64,000 nucleotides of DNA, taken from Mytilus trossulus. Its lineage: Eukaryota. The stretch is taken from contig NC_086378.1 in NCBI RefSeq assembly GCF_036588685.1, positions 33,790,001-33,854,000 on the forward strand, given 5' to 3'. Under the pieces are notes generated by a model. That model saw only the letters and a list, made by a program, of their open reading frames with translations. It was not told the DNA's origin and ran no database searches. A program made the translations under genes and the position numbers. Positions 34,058 through 52,338 of this stretch are shown piece by piece; within the stretch, counting starts at the first letter, position 1, and the number at the start of each line of letters is the position of its first letter.

Positions 34058-34441
<384 letters not shown>

Positions 34442-35622
34442 AAAGTGGATATATCGGATTACTCACTTAACAACGGCCCTTTTCAGGGCCACCAATATTT
34501 TTCAAAAAGAGTCTAAAATTGTTGTACATCTTAGTAATACTTTATTCCCCATACATAATTGAAAAAAATATATTCTACTACATAACAAATAAAAAATGTC
34601 TAAAATATAAATGTCCCTTCTTCCGTGATTCTTCTTTTCTTCTCTCTCTAACGCATCCCATTTAAGTACAGTTCTTATAGCATAACACTAAGTCTAGTAA
34701 CTTTTTCAGTCTTCTTCATCAGAACATTTATTGTCGTACTTTCTGACTCTTTGAACCCACAAGTAGCTCAGTTAAATCATATAATGTTTGTCGGGGGGAA
34801 AAAAAACCACTGATAGTATTTATATTTAATACTAGTCTGCTCTCTTCTTTCTCTCTCTTGGTTATTGATGCGAGCATGCTTAGATTCATCTGAGAAGGTG
34901 TGTGGTTTTTTTTTATTATTATAATTATTTATAGTTTTTGTTAACATTATCTCTTTCGTCAACACTTTTATATATGATATGTACTTTCCATTCTTTTCCT
35001 TTTTCCATTTTTTTCAGCATCTCTCTCTCTGTCTTTCTGTCTTTATTTAGTTATTGTTTGTGTATTAAAGATGTGGAATTGATGTAAGCACACCGACAAT
35101 CAGACAATGTGACAAATGTGCCCAGCCCAAATGAAAATCATACCACATCTTCTTTTTTTATATTAAATATACATAAATATGACATAATACAACAATAAAG
35201 AAACTCAGCCGATCCGCACAATGTCATGTCGGGAATGTGTAATTCCATTTGTTTCTGTTTTTTTATTTTTATTTCGCTTTGTTTGTGTTATAACTGCATT
35301 TTATTTTTATTTTTTCCTGTTTTTATTTTTCGTTCCTTTCCTTAATGTTTCTGCATGTATTTTGACCTTTTTTCATTATTATTATTTTTCTTCTTCAGAT
35401 TTATCATATTGAAACCGTGACACTAATTTACTATTGTTGAGCTATGAGGGATGATCAGAAACTGTAATTATGAATGAAAAAAGGGGGCATTTTTACTGTC
35501 AGCTTGGGTTGAGCAGTTTTTCAGTAAAAAATGGATTGAAAACTGTCAAAGTCCCTTACAAATCAGTCCAATCAGATTTAAGATATGCGGACCAATCAAC
35601 GCCAGCTTTATGTAAGTGGTGA

Positions 35623-36138
<516 letters not shown>

Positions 36139-36877
36139 GAAGTGTGATTTTTTCACCAAAACATAACGGCCCTTTTCAGGGCCACCAATATTTTTCAAAA
36201 AGAATCTATAAATTGTTGTACATGAAAATTAGAAACATAGCCGAACCCCTCTTTTCCCCATCTCTCTCTCTCTCTTTTATTTCTTCTTGTTGAATCCATC
36301 TATATGCAAAGCAATACATAGACAAAAAATAAATTTTATGATATATATATACACACAAGTCTCATCACAAAAAAAAGGGGGGTGTTTGTTTATCATGGTA
36401 CATGTATGTCCTTGTGTGTAGAATATTAAATAGTACATTATATAAAAAAAGATCAACATATAAATGTTTCTATCTGTACTTCTGTTCTTTTCTTTTCTTC
36501 GCTTGTTTTGTCTTGTCTTCTTTTGATGTATTATTTACACCAGTAGTCTAGACCAAAGAAAGAGAACCACCAACTGGCCAAAATATAACCTTTTTTTTTA
36601 AGTTAGAGTTTAAATATCTTGTATAATTCATTAATTTGAATATTTCTTTTAGAAAAGCTGATATTACAGGGTACTTTTATCAAAAATTTAGAGCTCTTTT
36701 TCAGTCAGAATTGTAAAGAATTTTTTTATCATGTATGTAGTAATATATTTTGTCCACTTTAGAGTCTTGTCTTGCTGCTAGTTAACAAAATCATGAAATT
36801 TCTATTTAAATTAATATAATTTCGGTACGGGTCCAAGTAGTCCCCACAAAATTTCAATGTAGGAAGTCCATGTAAGC

Positions 36878-36977
36878 NNNNNNNNNNNNNNNNNNNNNNN
36901 NNNNNNNNNNNNNNNNNNNNNNNNNNNNNNNNNNNNNNNNNNNNNNNNNNNNNNNNNNNNNNNNNNNNNNNNNNNNN
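36878..36977. other. Assembly gap (100 N) at the orientation and unit-type switch
   Basis: Run of exactly 100 N, with type A/plus on the left and type B/minus on the right. Confidence 0.99.
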
Positions 36978-38130
36978 GTCAATACACATTTCAACTTAAT
37001 GGAATGGAATTTAGTTGGGGAAAAAATAAACCTCACAGACATATCTAGGAATACTGGTTATCTATTTGTCTATTTCATGTACCCAGAAATTGGATACATC
37101 ACAGGATTTTACATGCTTGCAGTTTTCTACCTGTCTTTCATAACTCAACATCATCTGTCAAAGCTGTGCTTGCCATCCATCAAAGATCTGCTGCAGGTAC
37201 TTCAGATCATAAATGAGAGAATGTATGAATAAAACTGTTATTGTTATTACTATTAAAGAATATTTTTTTTAGGTATTACAGTGAAGAAAAGAGATGCCCC
37301 TGACTGCGGGTAAAACTTCTTATGTGTGCATCTTCCTTTCAATTTTATTTTTAAACGCCATTCTATATTTATCCACAGTATGACGATGACAATTTCATCA
37401 GCCAATCCAATAAAAATGTTAATGCGCACACATGTACTTACTATTCTGAAGACATCTTTTAGCCAGAAAAGTTTATAATAAGTCTGAAAACTACTTTTTA
37501 TCATATAAAAAAGCTTATAAGTGCAAGATATATGCTTACATGGACTTCCTACAGTGAAATTTTGTGGGGACTACTTGGACCCGTACCGAAATTATATTAA
37601 TTTAAATAGAAATTTCATGATTTTGTAAACTAGCAGCAAGACAAGACTCTAAAGTGGACAAAATATATTACTACATACATGATAAAAAAATTCTTTACAA
37701 TTCTGACTGAAAAAGAGCTCTAAATTTTTGATAAAAGTACCCTGTAATATCAGCTTTTCTAAAAGAAATATACAAATTAATGATTTATACAAGATATTTA
37801 AACTCTAACTTAAAAAAAAGGTTATATTTTGGCCAGTTGGTGGTTCTCTTTCTTTGGTCTAGACTACTGGTGTAAATAATACATCAAAAGAAGACAAGAA
37901 AAAACAAGCGAAGAAAAGAAAAGAACAGAAGTACAGATAGAAACATTCATATGTTGATCTTTTTTTATATAATGTACTATTTAATATTCTACACACAAGG
38001 ACATACATGTACCATGATAAACAAACACCCCCCTTTTTTTTGTGATGAGACTTGCGTGTATATATATATCATAAAATTTATTTTTTGTCTATGTATTGCT
38101 TTGCATATAGATGGATTCAACAAGAAGAAA

Positions 38131-38135
<5 letters not shown>

Positions 38136-38165
<30 letters not shown>
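38136..38165 (+). repeat. (GA)15 microsatellite downstream of H3 (type B)
   Basis: Read directly; orthologous to the type A (TC)7-8 tract. Confidence 0.9.
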
Positions 38166-38168
<3 letters not shown>

Positions 38169-38287
38169 GGAAAAGAGGGGTTCAGCTATGTTTCTAATTT
38201 TCATGTACAACAATTTATAGATTCTTTTTGAAAAATATTGGTGGCCCTGAAAAGGGCCGTTATGTTTTGGTGAAAAAATCACACTTC

Positions 38288-38803
<516 letters not shown>

Positions 38804-39981
38804 TCACCACTTACATAAAGCTGGCGTTGATTGGTCCGCATATCTTAAATCTGATTGGACTGATTTGTAAGGGACTTTGACAGTTTTCAATCCAGTTTTT
38901 ACTGAAAAACTGCTCAACCCAAGCTGACAGTAAAAATGCCCCCTTTTTTCATTCAAAATTACAGTTTCTGATCATCATCCCTCATTGCTCAACAATAGTA
39001 AATTAGTGTCACGGTTTCAATATGATAAATCTGAAGAAGAAAAAAATAATAATGAAAAAAGGTCAAAATACATGCAGAAACATTAAGGAAAGGAAAGAAA
39101 AATAAAACAGGAAAAAATAAAAATAAAATGCAGTTTGAACACTAACAAAGCGAAATAAGAAATGCAAAAACAGAAACAAATGGAATTACACATTCCCGAC
39201 ATGACATTGTACGGATCGGCTGAGTTTCTCTATTGTTGTATTATGTCATATTTATGTATATTTAATATAAAAAAAGAAGATGTGGTATGATTTTCATTTG
39301 GGCTGGGCACATTTGTCACATTGTCTGATTGTCGGTGTGCTTACATCGATTCCACATCTTTAATACACAAACAATAAATAAATAAAGACAGAAAGACAGA
39401 GAGAGATGCCGAAAAAAAATGGAAAAAGGAAAAGAATGGAAAGTACATATCATATATAAAAGTGTTGACGAAAGAGATACTGTTAACAAAAACTATAAAT
39501 AATTATAATAATTAAAAAACACACACCTTCTCATATGAATCTAAGCATGCTCGCATCAATAACCAAGAGAGAGAAAGAAGAGAGCAGACTAGTATTAAAT
39601 ATAAATGCTATCAGTGGTTTTTTTTTTCCCCCGACAAACTTTTTATGATTTAACTGAGCTACTAGTGGGTTCAGAGTCAGAAATTACGACAATAAATGTT
39701 CTCATGAAGAAGACTGAAAAAGTTACTAGACTTAGTGTTATGCTATAAGAACTGTACTTAAATGGGATGCGTTAGAGAGAGAAGAAAAGAAGAATGACGG
39801 AAGAAGGGACATTTATATTTTAGACATTTTTTATTTGTTATGTAGTAGAATATATTTTTTTTAATTATGTATGGGGAATAAAGTATTACTAAGATGTACA
39901 ACAATTTTAGACTCTTTTTGAAAAATATTGGTGGCCCTGAAAAGGGCCGTTGTTAAGTGAGTAATCTGATATATCCACTTT

Positions 39982-40365
<384 letters not shown>

Positions 40366-40635
40366 CTATTTGGTTGATCGACACTGAGTAAAGTGATACA
40401 ATTTTTCTTCAAAATTTAGCTTATATACCCACTAAACGGATTGAACGATGTTTTTATTATACACCAATCAGAACGAAGCTCTCTGCGGGCAGTTAGGCTA
40501 CCGAACATTCAACATGTTATGGGTGCTCTCTCCGAGGTTCGCGTTCAATAAAATCTTTCAATCCGTTTTGCCCAGTATATAAACAAATTGAAAATAATTT
40601 TTCACCATTACTTATTTGATTATCAAACCAGTAAC

Positions 40636-41010
40636 ATGCCACCCAAAGTAGGAACTAAAGGAGCCAAGAAGGCCGTCACCAAGGCAAAGACTGCCAGACC
40701 CGGCGGTGACAAGAAAAGGAGGAGGAAGAGACGTGAATCCTATGCTATCTACATCTACAAAGTCTTGAGACAAGTTCACCCCGACACCGGAGTGTCCTCA
40801 AAGGCAATGTCCATCATGAACAGCTTCGTCAACGATATCTTCGAGAGAATCGCAGCAGAGGCTTCCCGATTGGCACACTACAACAAAAGATCTACCATCA
40901 CATCTCGGGAGATCCAGACCGCTGTCCGTCTTCTCTTACCCGGAGAATTGGCCAAGCACGCTGTCAGTGAAGGTACCAAAGCCGTCACTAAATACACCAG
41001 CAGCAAGTAA
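40636..41010 (+). CDS. H2B: Histone H2B (type B unit)
   Basis: Identical protein; synonymous GAT>GAC and TCC>TCT relative to type A; start at first ATG. Confidence 0.98.
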   Translation: MPPKVGTKGAKKAVTKAKTARPGGDKKRRRKRRESYAIYIYKVLRQVHPDTGVSSKAMSIMNSFVNDIFERIAAEASRLAHYNKRSTITSREIQTAVRLLLPGELAKHAVSEGTKAVTKYTSSK

Positions 41011-41616
41011 ACAGTCTGAAGTTTATAACTTCACAAACGGCCCTTTTCAGGGCCACCAACATTTTTCAAAAAGAATTTACAATTGTTGTACATCATGTCA
41101 AACTTCTAAACAAAGCTATAAATCCCAACCCCCAGCTATAACTACTTTCAAACTATTTCAATAGTATATGGTTACTTTTCTCTTCTTTCTATCTGTATAA
41201 CAAATATGTGTATTTCACTCATTCTGTAGTATTTAATTTGTCAAAACTACAAAGCGTAAATACATAAATCATGAAGAACAAAACAGTGCTTTCATTCCAA
41301 TTAATAGAGTTGATAAATTTACGATTTCTTTTGCTTTTCGAGAGAGAAAAAAATATTGCGAGAATTATTTTACACGGAAACAAGAACATTACCTAATCTT
41401 AAACCACGCAAAAACTCTATAATTGAATATAACAGAATCTACAGATTTTGTGTGTAAAAGTCCGTGCATTTTGTTTTGAAATTTTCTCTCTTTATGTAGG
41501 CAAATGCACGGACTTGTTGATCTTTGAACGTATTCATAAACCTTCAGAAATATAAATTCTCAAATAAATACAAGAGTAAGAGTAAGGAAGTTAATTAAAA
41601 AGAAAGCCAGATATTT

Positions 41617-41686
41617 AAAAAAAAAAAGGGGGGGGGGGGGGGGGGGGGGGGGGGGTAATAGCGAGAGAGAGAGAGAGAGAGAGAGA
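41617..41686 (+). repeat. A11 + G27-28 + (GA)12-13 block downstream of H4 (type B)
   Basis: Read directly; the G tract is at 41628-41655 in this copy. Confidence 0.95.
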
Positions 41687-41883
41687 AAATAGTTGCGGAT
41701 CAGGATCAGGGAAAACAAGAAAACGGTTGAAAAATTCATGAACATTAGAGAAAAGAATAGAAGTGGGAGCAAGCTTTGATTTCAAGATTTTGTTTAAAAC
41801 GATGTACAACAAATCTAAGATTCTTTTTGAAAAATGTTGGTGGCCCTGAAAAGGGCCGTTGTTGATATTAGCTGGGTGGCTGT

Positions 41884-42201
<318 letters not shown>

Positions 42202-43793
42202 CTATTTGTGGTGATTAGTTAAATAATACTTTCCGTCTAACAGCGACTCTTTATATATCACCAACGCGGCCGTAAAAGAAGTATCACACATTTTCAGTTA
42301 ACTGTTGTCTGATTGGCTTACGTTGTTTTATTCCGGGAGGTAACTCTGTACTGCCTTAAACTGTGTACACTTTCAATCCACTTTTTCATTCTAGGTCTGA
42401 AAAATATAATAATTCATATCAGACAGTAAATTTTTAAGAAAAAACTATAATTGAACAGAAAAAAACTTTCAATCGGAATAAAAATGACTGCAGGAGACAA
42501 AAAAAGTTCCAAAATGTTGAAAAGTTTTCATTTTAAGATAGAAAAGTATGATAAATAAATGATAAATGAAAATCACTTTAGACAGTCAAAATTATAAAGA
42601 TAATTATTTGCTTTCTCTGAACAGACATTTTTATTCAATGTCAATACACATTTCAACTTAATGGAATGGAATTTAGTTGGGGAAAAAATAAACCTCACAG
42701 ACATATCTAGGAATACTGGTTATCTATTTGTCTATTTCATGTACCCAGAAATTGGATACATCACAGGATTTTACATGCTTGCAGTTTTCTACCTGTCTTT
42801 CATAACTCAACATCATCTGTCAAAGCTGTGCTTGCCATCCATCAAAGATCTGCTGCAGGTACTTCAGATCATAAATGAGAGAATGTATGAATAAAACTGT
42901 TATTGTTATTACTATTAAAGAATATTTTTTTTAGGTATTACAGTGAAGAAAAGAGATGCCCCTGACTGCGGGTAAAACTTCTTATGTGTGCATCTTCCTT
43001 TCAATTTTATTTTTAAACGCCATTCTATATTTATCCACAGTATGACGATGACAATTTCATCAGCCAATCCAATAAAAATGTTAATGCGCACACATGTACT
43101 TACTATTCTGAAGACATCTTTTAGCCAGAAAAGTTTATAATAAGTCTGAAAACTACTTTTTATCATATAAAAAAGCTTATAAGTGCAAGATATATGCTTA
43201 CATGGACTTCCTACAGTGAAATTTTGTGGGGACTACTTGGACCCGTACCGAAATTATATTAATTTAAATAGAAATTTCATGATTTTGTAAACTAGCAGCA
43301 AGACAAGACTCTAAAGTGGACAAAATATATTACTACATACATGATAAAAAAATTCTTTACAATTCTGACTGAAAAAGAGCTCTAAATTTTTGATAAAAGT
43401 ACCCTGTAATATCAGCTTTTCTAAAAGAAATATACAAATTAATGATTTATACAAGATATTTAAACTCTAACTTAAAAAAAAAGGTTATATTTTGGCCAGT
43501 TGGTGGTTCTCTTTCTTTGGTCTAGACTACTGGTGTAAATAATACATCAAAAGAAGACAAGAAAAAACAAGCGAAGAAAAGAAAAGAACAGAAGTACAGA
43601 TAGAAACATTCATATGTTGATCTTTTTTTATATAATGTACTATTTAATATTCTACACACAAGGACATACATGTACCATGATAAACAAACACCCCCCTTTT
43701 TTTTGTGATGAGACTTGCGTGTATATATATATCATAAAATTTATTTTTTGTCTATGTATTGCTTTGCATATAGATGGATTCAACAAGAAGAAA

Positions 43794-43831
<38 letters not shown>

Positions 43832-43950
43832 GGAAAAGAGGGGTTCAGCTATGTTTCTAATTTTCATGTACAACAATTTATAGATTCTTTTTGAAAAATA
43901 TTGGTGGCCCTGAAAAGGGCCGTTATGTTTTGGTGAAAAAATCACACTTC

Positions 43951-44466
<516 letters not shown>

Positions 44467-45644
44467 TCACCACTTACATAAAGCTGGCGTTGATTGGTCC
44501 GCATATCTTAAATCTGATTGGACTGATTTGTAAGGGACTTTGACAGTTTTCAATCCAGTTTTTACTGAAAAACTGCTCAACCCAAGCTGACAGTAAAAAT
44601 GCCCCCTTTTTTCATTCAAAATTACAGTTTCTGATCATCATCCCTCATTGCTCAACAATAGTAAATTAGTGTCACGGTTTCAATATGATAAATCTGAAGA
44701 AGAAAAAAATAATAATGAAAAAAGGTCAAAATACATGCAGAAACATTAAGGAAAGGAAAGAAAAATAAAACAGGAAAAAATAAAAATAAAATGCAGTTTG
44801 AACACTAACAAAGCGAAATAAGAAATGCAAAAACAGAAACAAATGGAATTACACATTCCCGACATGACATTGTACGGATCGGCTGAGTTTCTCTATTGTT
44901 GTATTATGTCATATTTATGTATATTTAATATAAAAAAAGAAGATGTGGTATGATTTTCATTTGGGCTGGGCACATTTGTCACATTGTCTGATTGTCGGTG
45001 TGCTTACATCGATTCCACATCTTTAATACACAAACAATAAATAAATAAAGACAGAAAGACAGAGAGAGATGCCGAAAAAAAATGGAAAAAGGAAAAGAAT
45101 GGAAAGTACATATCATATATAAAAGTGTTGACGAAAGAGATACTGTTAACAAAAACTATAAATAATTATAATAATTAAAAAACACACACCTTCTCATATG
45201 AATCTAAGCATGCTCGCATCAATAACCAAGAGAGAGAAAGAAGAGAGCAGACTAGTATTAAATATAAATGCTATCAGTGGTTTTTTTTTTCCCCCGACAA
45301 ACTTTTTATGATTTAACTGAGCTACTAGTGGGTTCAGAGTCAGAAATTACGACAATAAATGTTCTCATGAAGAAGACTGAAAAAGTTACTAGACTTAGTG
45401 TTATGCTATAAGAACTGTACTTAAATGGGATGCGTTAGAGAGAGAAGAAAAGAAGAATGACGGAAGAAGGGACATTTATATTTTAGACATTTTTTATTTG
45501 TTATGTAGTAGAATATATTTTTTTTAATTATGTATGGGGAATAAAGTATTACTAAGATGTACAACAATTTTAGACTCTTTTTGAAAAATATTGGTGGCCC
45601 TGAAAAGGGCCGTTGTTAAGTGAGTAATCTGATATATCCACTTT

Positions 45645-46028
<384 letters not shown>

Positions 46029-46298
46029 CTATTTGGTTGATCGACACTGAGTAAAGTGATACAATTTTTCTTCAAAATTTAGCTTATATACCCACTAAAC
46101 GGATTGAACGATGTTTTTATTATACACCAATCAGAACGAAGCTCTCTGCGGGCAGTTAGGCTACCGAACATTCAACATGTTATGGGTGCTCTCTCCGAGG
46201 TTCGCGTTCAATAAAATCTTTCAATCCGTTTTGCCCAGTATATAAACAAATTGAAAATAATTTTTCACCATTACTTATTTGATTATCAAACCAGTAAC

Positions 46299-46673
46299 AT
46301 GCCACCCAAAGTAGGAACTAAAGGAGCCAAGAAGGCCGTCACCAAGGCAAAGACTGCCAGACCCGGCGGTGACAAGAAAAGGAGGAGGAAGAGACGTGAA
46401 TCCTATGCTATCTACATCTACAAAGTCTTGAGACAAGTTCACCCCGACACCGGAGTGTCCTCAAAGGCAATGTCCATCATGAACAGCTTCGTCAACGATA
46501 TCTTCGAGAGAATCGCAGCAGAGGCTTCCCGATTGGCACACTACAACAAAAGATCTACCATCACATCTCGGGAGATCCAGACCGCTGTCCGTCTTCTCTT
46601 ACCCGGAGAATTGGCCAAGCACGCTGTCAGTGAAGGTACCAAAGCCGTCACTAAATACACCAGCAGCAAGTAA
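46299..46673 (+). CDS. H2B: Histone H2B
   Basis: Identical protein; start at first ATG. Confidence 0.98.
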   Translation: MPPKVGTKGAKKAVTKAKTARPGGDKKRRRKRRESYAIYIYKVLRQVHPDTGVSSKAMSIMNSFVNDIFERIAAEASRLAHYNKRSTITSREIQTAVRLLLPGELAKHAVSEGTKAVTKYTSSK

Positions 46674-47548
46674 ACAGTCTGAAGTTTATAACTTCACAAA
46701 CGGCCCTTTTCAGGGCCACCAACATTTTTCAAAAAGAATTTACAATTGTTGTACATCATGTCAAACTTCTAAACAAAGCTATAAATCCCAACCCCCAGCT
46801 ATAACTACTTTCAAACTATTTCAATAGTATATGGTTACTTTTCTCTTCTTTCTATCTGTATAACAAATATGTGTATTTCACTCATTCTGTAGTATTTAAT
46901 TTGTCAAAACTACAAAGCGTAAATACATAAATCATGAAGAACAAAACAGTGCTTTCATTCCAATTAATAGAGTTGATAAATTTACGATTTCTTTTGCTTT
47001 TCGAGAGAGAAAAAAATATTGCGAGAATTATTTTACACGGAAACAAGAACATTACCTAATCTTAAACCACGCAAAAACTCTATAATTGAATATAACAGAA
47101 TCTACAGATTTTGTGTGTAAAAGTCCGTGCATTTTGTTTTGAAATTTTCTCTCTTTATGTAGGCAAATGCACGGACTTGTTGATCTTTGAACGTATTCAT
47201 AAACCTTCAGAAATATAAATTCTCAAATAAATACAAGAGTAAGAGTAAGGAAGTTAATTAAAAAGAAAGCCAGATATTTAAAAAAAAAAAGGGGGGGGGG
47301 GGGGGGGGGGGGGGGGGGTAATAGCGAGAGAGAGAGAGAGAGAGAGAGAGAAAATAGTTGCGGATCAGGATCAGGGAAAACAAGAAAACGGTTGAAAAAT
47401 TCATGAACATTAGAGAAAAGAATAGAAGTGGGAGCAAGCTTTGATTTCAAGATTTTGTTTAAAACGATGTACAACAAATCTAAGATTCTTTTTGAAAAAT
47501 GTTGGTGGCCCTGAAAAGGGCCGTTGTTGATATTAGCTGGGTGGCTGT

Positions 47549-47866
<318 letters not shown>

Positions 47867-49458
47867 CTATTTGTGGTGATTAGTTAAATAATACTTTCCG
47901 TCTAACAGCGACTCTTTATATATCACCAACGCGGCCGTAAAAGAAGTATCACACATTTTCAGTTAACTGTTGTCTGATTGGCTTACGTTGTTTTATTCCG
48001 GGAGGTAACTCTGTACTGCCTTAAACTGTGTACACTTTCAATCCACTTTTTCATTCTAGGTCTGAAAAATATAATAATTCATATCAGACAGTAAATTTTT
48101 AAGAAAAAACTATAATTGAACAGAAAAAAACTTTCAATCGGAATAAAAATGACTGCAGGAGACAAAAAAAGTTCCAAAATGTTGAAAAGTTTTCATTTTA
48201 AGATAGAAAAGTATGATAAATAAATGATAAATGAAAATCACTTTAGACAGTCAAAATTATAAAGATAATTATTTGCTTTCTCTGAACAGACATTTTTATT
48301 CAATGTCAATACACATTTCAACTTAATGGAATGGAATTTAGTTGGGGAAAAAATAAACCTCACAGACATATCTAGGAATACTGGTTATCTATTTGTCTAT
48401 TTCATGTACCCAGAAATTGGATACATCACAGGATTTTACATGCTTGCAGTTTTCTACCTGTCTTTCATAACTCAACATCATCTGTCAAAGCTGTGCTTGC
48501 CATCCATCAAAGATCTGCTGCAGGTACTTCAGATCATAAATGAGAGAATGTATGAATAAAACTGTTATTGTTATTACTATTAAAGAATATTTTTTTTAGG
48601 TATTACAGTGAAGAAAAGAGATGCCCCTGACTGCGGGTAAAACTTCTTATGTGTGCATCTTCCTTTCAATTTTATTTTTAAACGCCATTCTATATTTATC
48701 CACAGTATGACGATGACAATTTCATCAGCCAATCCAATAAAAATGTTAATGCGCACACATGTACTTACTATTCTGAAGACATCTTTTAGCCAGAAAAGTT
48801 TATAATAAGTCTGAAAACTACTTTTTATCATATAAAAAAGCTTATAAGTGCAAGATATATGCTTACATGGACTTCCTACAGTGAAATTTTGTGGGGACTA
48901 CTTGGACCCGTACCGAAATTATATTAATTTAAATAGAAATTTCATGATTTTGTAAACTAGCAGCAAGACAAGACTCTAAAGTGGACAAAATATATTACTA
49001 CATACATGATAAAAAAATTCTTTACAATTCTGACTGAAAAAGAGCTCTAAATTTTTGATAAAAGTACCCTGTAATATCAGCTTTTCTAAAAGAAATATAC
49101 AAATTAATGATTTATACAAGATATTTAAACTCTAACTTAAAAAAAAAGGTTATATTTTGGCCAGTTGGTGGTTCTCTTTCTTTGGTCTAGACTACTGGTG
49201 TAAATAATACATCAAAAGAAGACAAGAAAAAACAAGCGAAGAAAAGAAAAGAACAGAAGTACAGATAGAAACATTCATATGTTGATCTTTTTTTATATAA
49301 TGTACTATTTAATATTCTACACACAAGGACATACATGTACCATGATAAACAAACACCCCCCTTTTTTTTGTGATGAGACTTGCGTGTATATATATATCAT
49401 AAAATTTATTTTTTGTCTATGTATTGCTTTGCATATAGATGGATTCAACAAGAAGAAA

Positions 49459-49496
<38 letters not shown>

Positions 49497-49615
49497 GGAA
49501 AAGAGGGGTTCAGCTATGTTTCTAATTTTCATGTACAACAATTTATAGATTCTTTTTGAAAAATATTGGTGGCCCTGAAAAGGGCCGTTATGTTTTGGTG
49601 AAAAAATCACACTTC

Positions 49616-50131
<516 letters not shown>

Positions 50132-51309
50132 TCACCACTTACATAAAGCTGGCGTTGATTGGTCCGCATATCTTAAATCTGATTGGACTGATTTGTAAGG
50201 GACTTTGACAGTTTTCAATCCAGTTTTTACTGAAAAACTGCTCAACCCAAGCTGACAGTAAAAATGCCCCCTTTTTTCATTCAAAATTACAGTTTCTGAT
50301 CATCATCCCTCATTGCTCAACAATAGTAAATTAGTGTCACGGTTTCAATATGATAAATCTGAAGAAGAAAAAAATAATAATGAAAAAAGGTCAAAATACA
50401 TGCAGAAACATTAAGGAAAGGAAAGAAAAATAAAACAGGAAAAAATAAAAATAAAATGCAGTTTGAACACTAACAAAGCGAAATAAGAAATGCAAAAACA
50501 GAAACAAATGGAATTACACATTCCCGACATGACATTGTACGGATCGGCTGAGTTTCTCTATTGTTGTATTATGTCATATTTATGTATATTTAATATAAAA
50601 AAAGAAGATGTGGTATGATTTTCATTTGGGCTGGGCACATTTGTCACATTGTCTGATTGTCGGTGTGCTTACATCGATTCCACATCTTTAATACACAAAC
50701 AATAAATAAATAAAGACAGAAAGACAGAGAGAGATGCCGAAAAAAAATGGAAAAAGGAAAAGAATGGAAAGTACATATCATATATAAAAGTGTTGACGAA
50801 AGAGATACTGTTAACAAAAACTATAAATAATTATAATAATTAAAAAACACACACCTTCTCATATGAATCTAAGCATGCTCGCATCAATAACCAAGAGAGA
50901 GAAAGAAGAGAGCAGACTAGTATTAAATATAAATGCTATCAGTGGTTTTTTTTTTCCCCCGACAAACTTTTTATGATTTAACTGAGCTACTAGTGGGTTC
51001 AGAGTCAGAAATTACGACAATAAATGTTCTCATGAAGAAGACTGAAAAAGTTACTAGACTTAGTGTTATGCTATAAGAACTGTACTTAAATGGGATGCGT
51101 TAGAGAGAGAAGAAAAGAAGAATGACGGAAGAAGGGACATTTATATTTTAGACATTTTTTATTTGTTATGTAGTAGAATATATTTTTTTTAATTATGTAT
51201 GGGGAATAAAGTATTACTAAGATGTACAACAATTTTAGACTCTTTTTGAAAAATATTGGTGGCCCTGAAAAGGGCCGTTGTTAAGTGAGTAATCTGATAT
51301 ATCCACTTT

Positions 51310-51693
<384 letters not shown>

Positions 51694-51963
51694 CTATTTG
51701 GTTGATCGACACTGAGTAAAGTGATACAATTTTTCTTCAAAATTTAGCTTATATACCCACTAAACGGATTGAACGATGTTTTTATTATACACCAATCAGA
51801 ACGAAGCTCTCTGCGGGCAGTTAGGCTACCGAACATTCAACATGTTATGGGTGCTCTCTCCGAGGTTCGCGTTCAATAAAATCTTTCAATCCGTTTTGCC
51901 CAGTATATAAACAAATTGAAAATAATTTTTCACCATTACTTATTTGATTATCAAACCAGTAAC

Positions 51964-52338
51964 ATGCCACCCAAAGTAGGAACTAAAGGAGCCAAGAAGG
52001 CCGTCACCAAGGCAAAGACTGCCAGACCCGGCGGTGACAAGAAAAGGAGGAGGAAGAGACGTGAATCCTATGCTATCTACATCTACAAAGTCTTGAGACA
52101 AGTTCACCCCGACACCGGAGTGTCCTCAAAGGCAATGTCCATCATGAACAGCTTCGTCAACGATATCTTCGAGAGAATCGCAGCAGAGGCTTCCCGATTG
52201 GCACACTACAACAAAAGATCTACCATCACATCTCGGGAGATCCAGACCGCTGTCCGTCTTCTCTTACCCGGAGAATTGGCCAAGCACGCTGTCAGTGAAG
52301 GTACCAAAGCCGTCACTAAATACACCAGCAGCAAGTAA
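51964..52338 (+). CDS. H2B: Histone H2B
   Basis: Identical protein; start at first ATG. Confidence 0.98.
   Translation: MPPKVGTKGAKKAVTKAKTARPGGDKKRRRKRRESYAIYIYKVLRQVHPDTGVSSKAMSIMNSFVNDIFERIAAEASRLAHYNKRSTITSREIQTAVRLLLPGELAKHAVSEGTKAVTKYTSSK

Noticed and set aside
41560-41812. Poly-Pro and Ser-Leu repeat ORFs
   Set aside because: These are translations of the poly-C and (TC)n tracts; the frame differs between copies.
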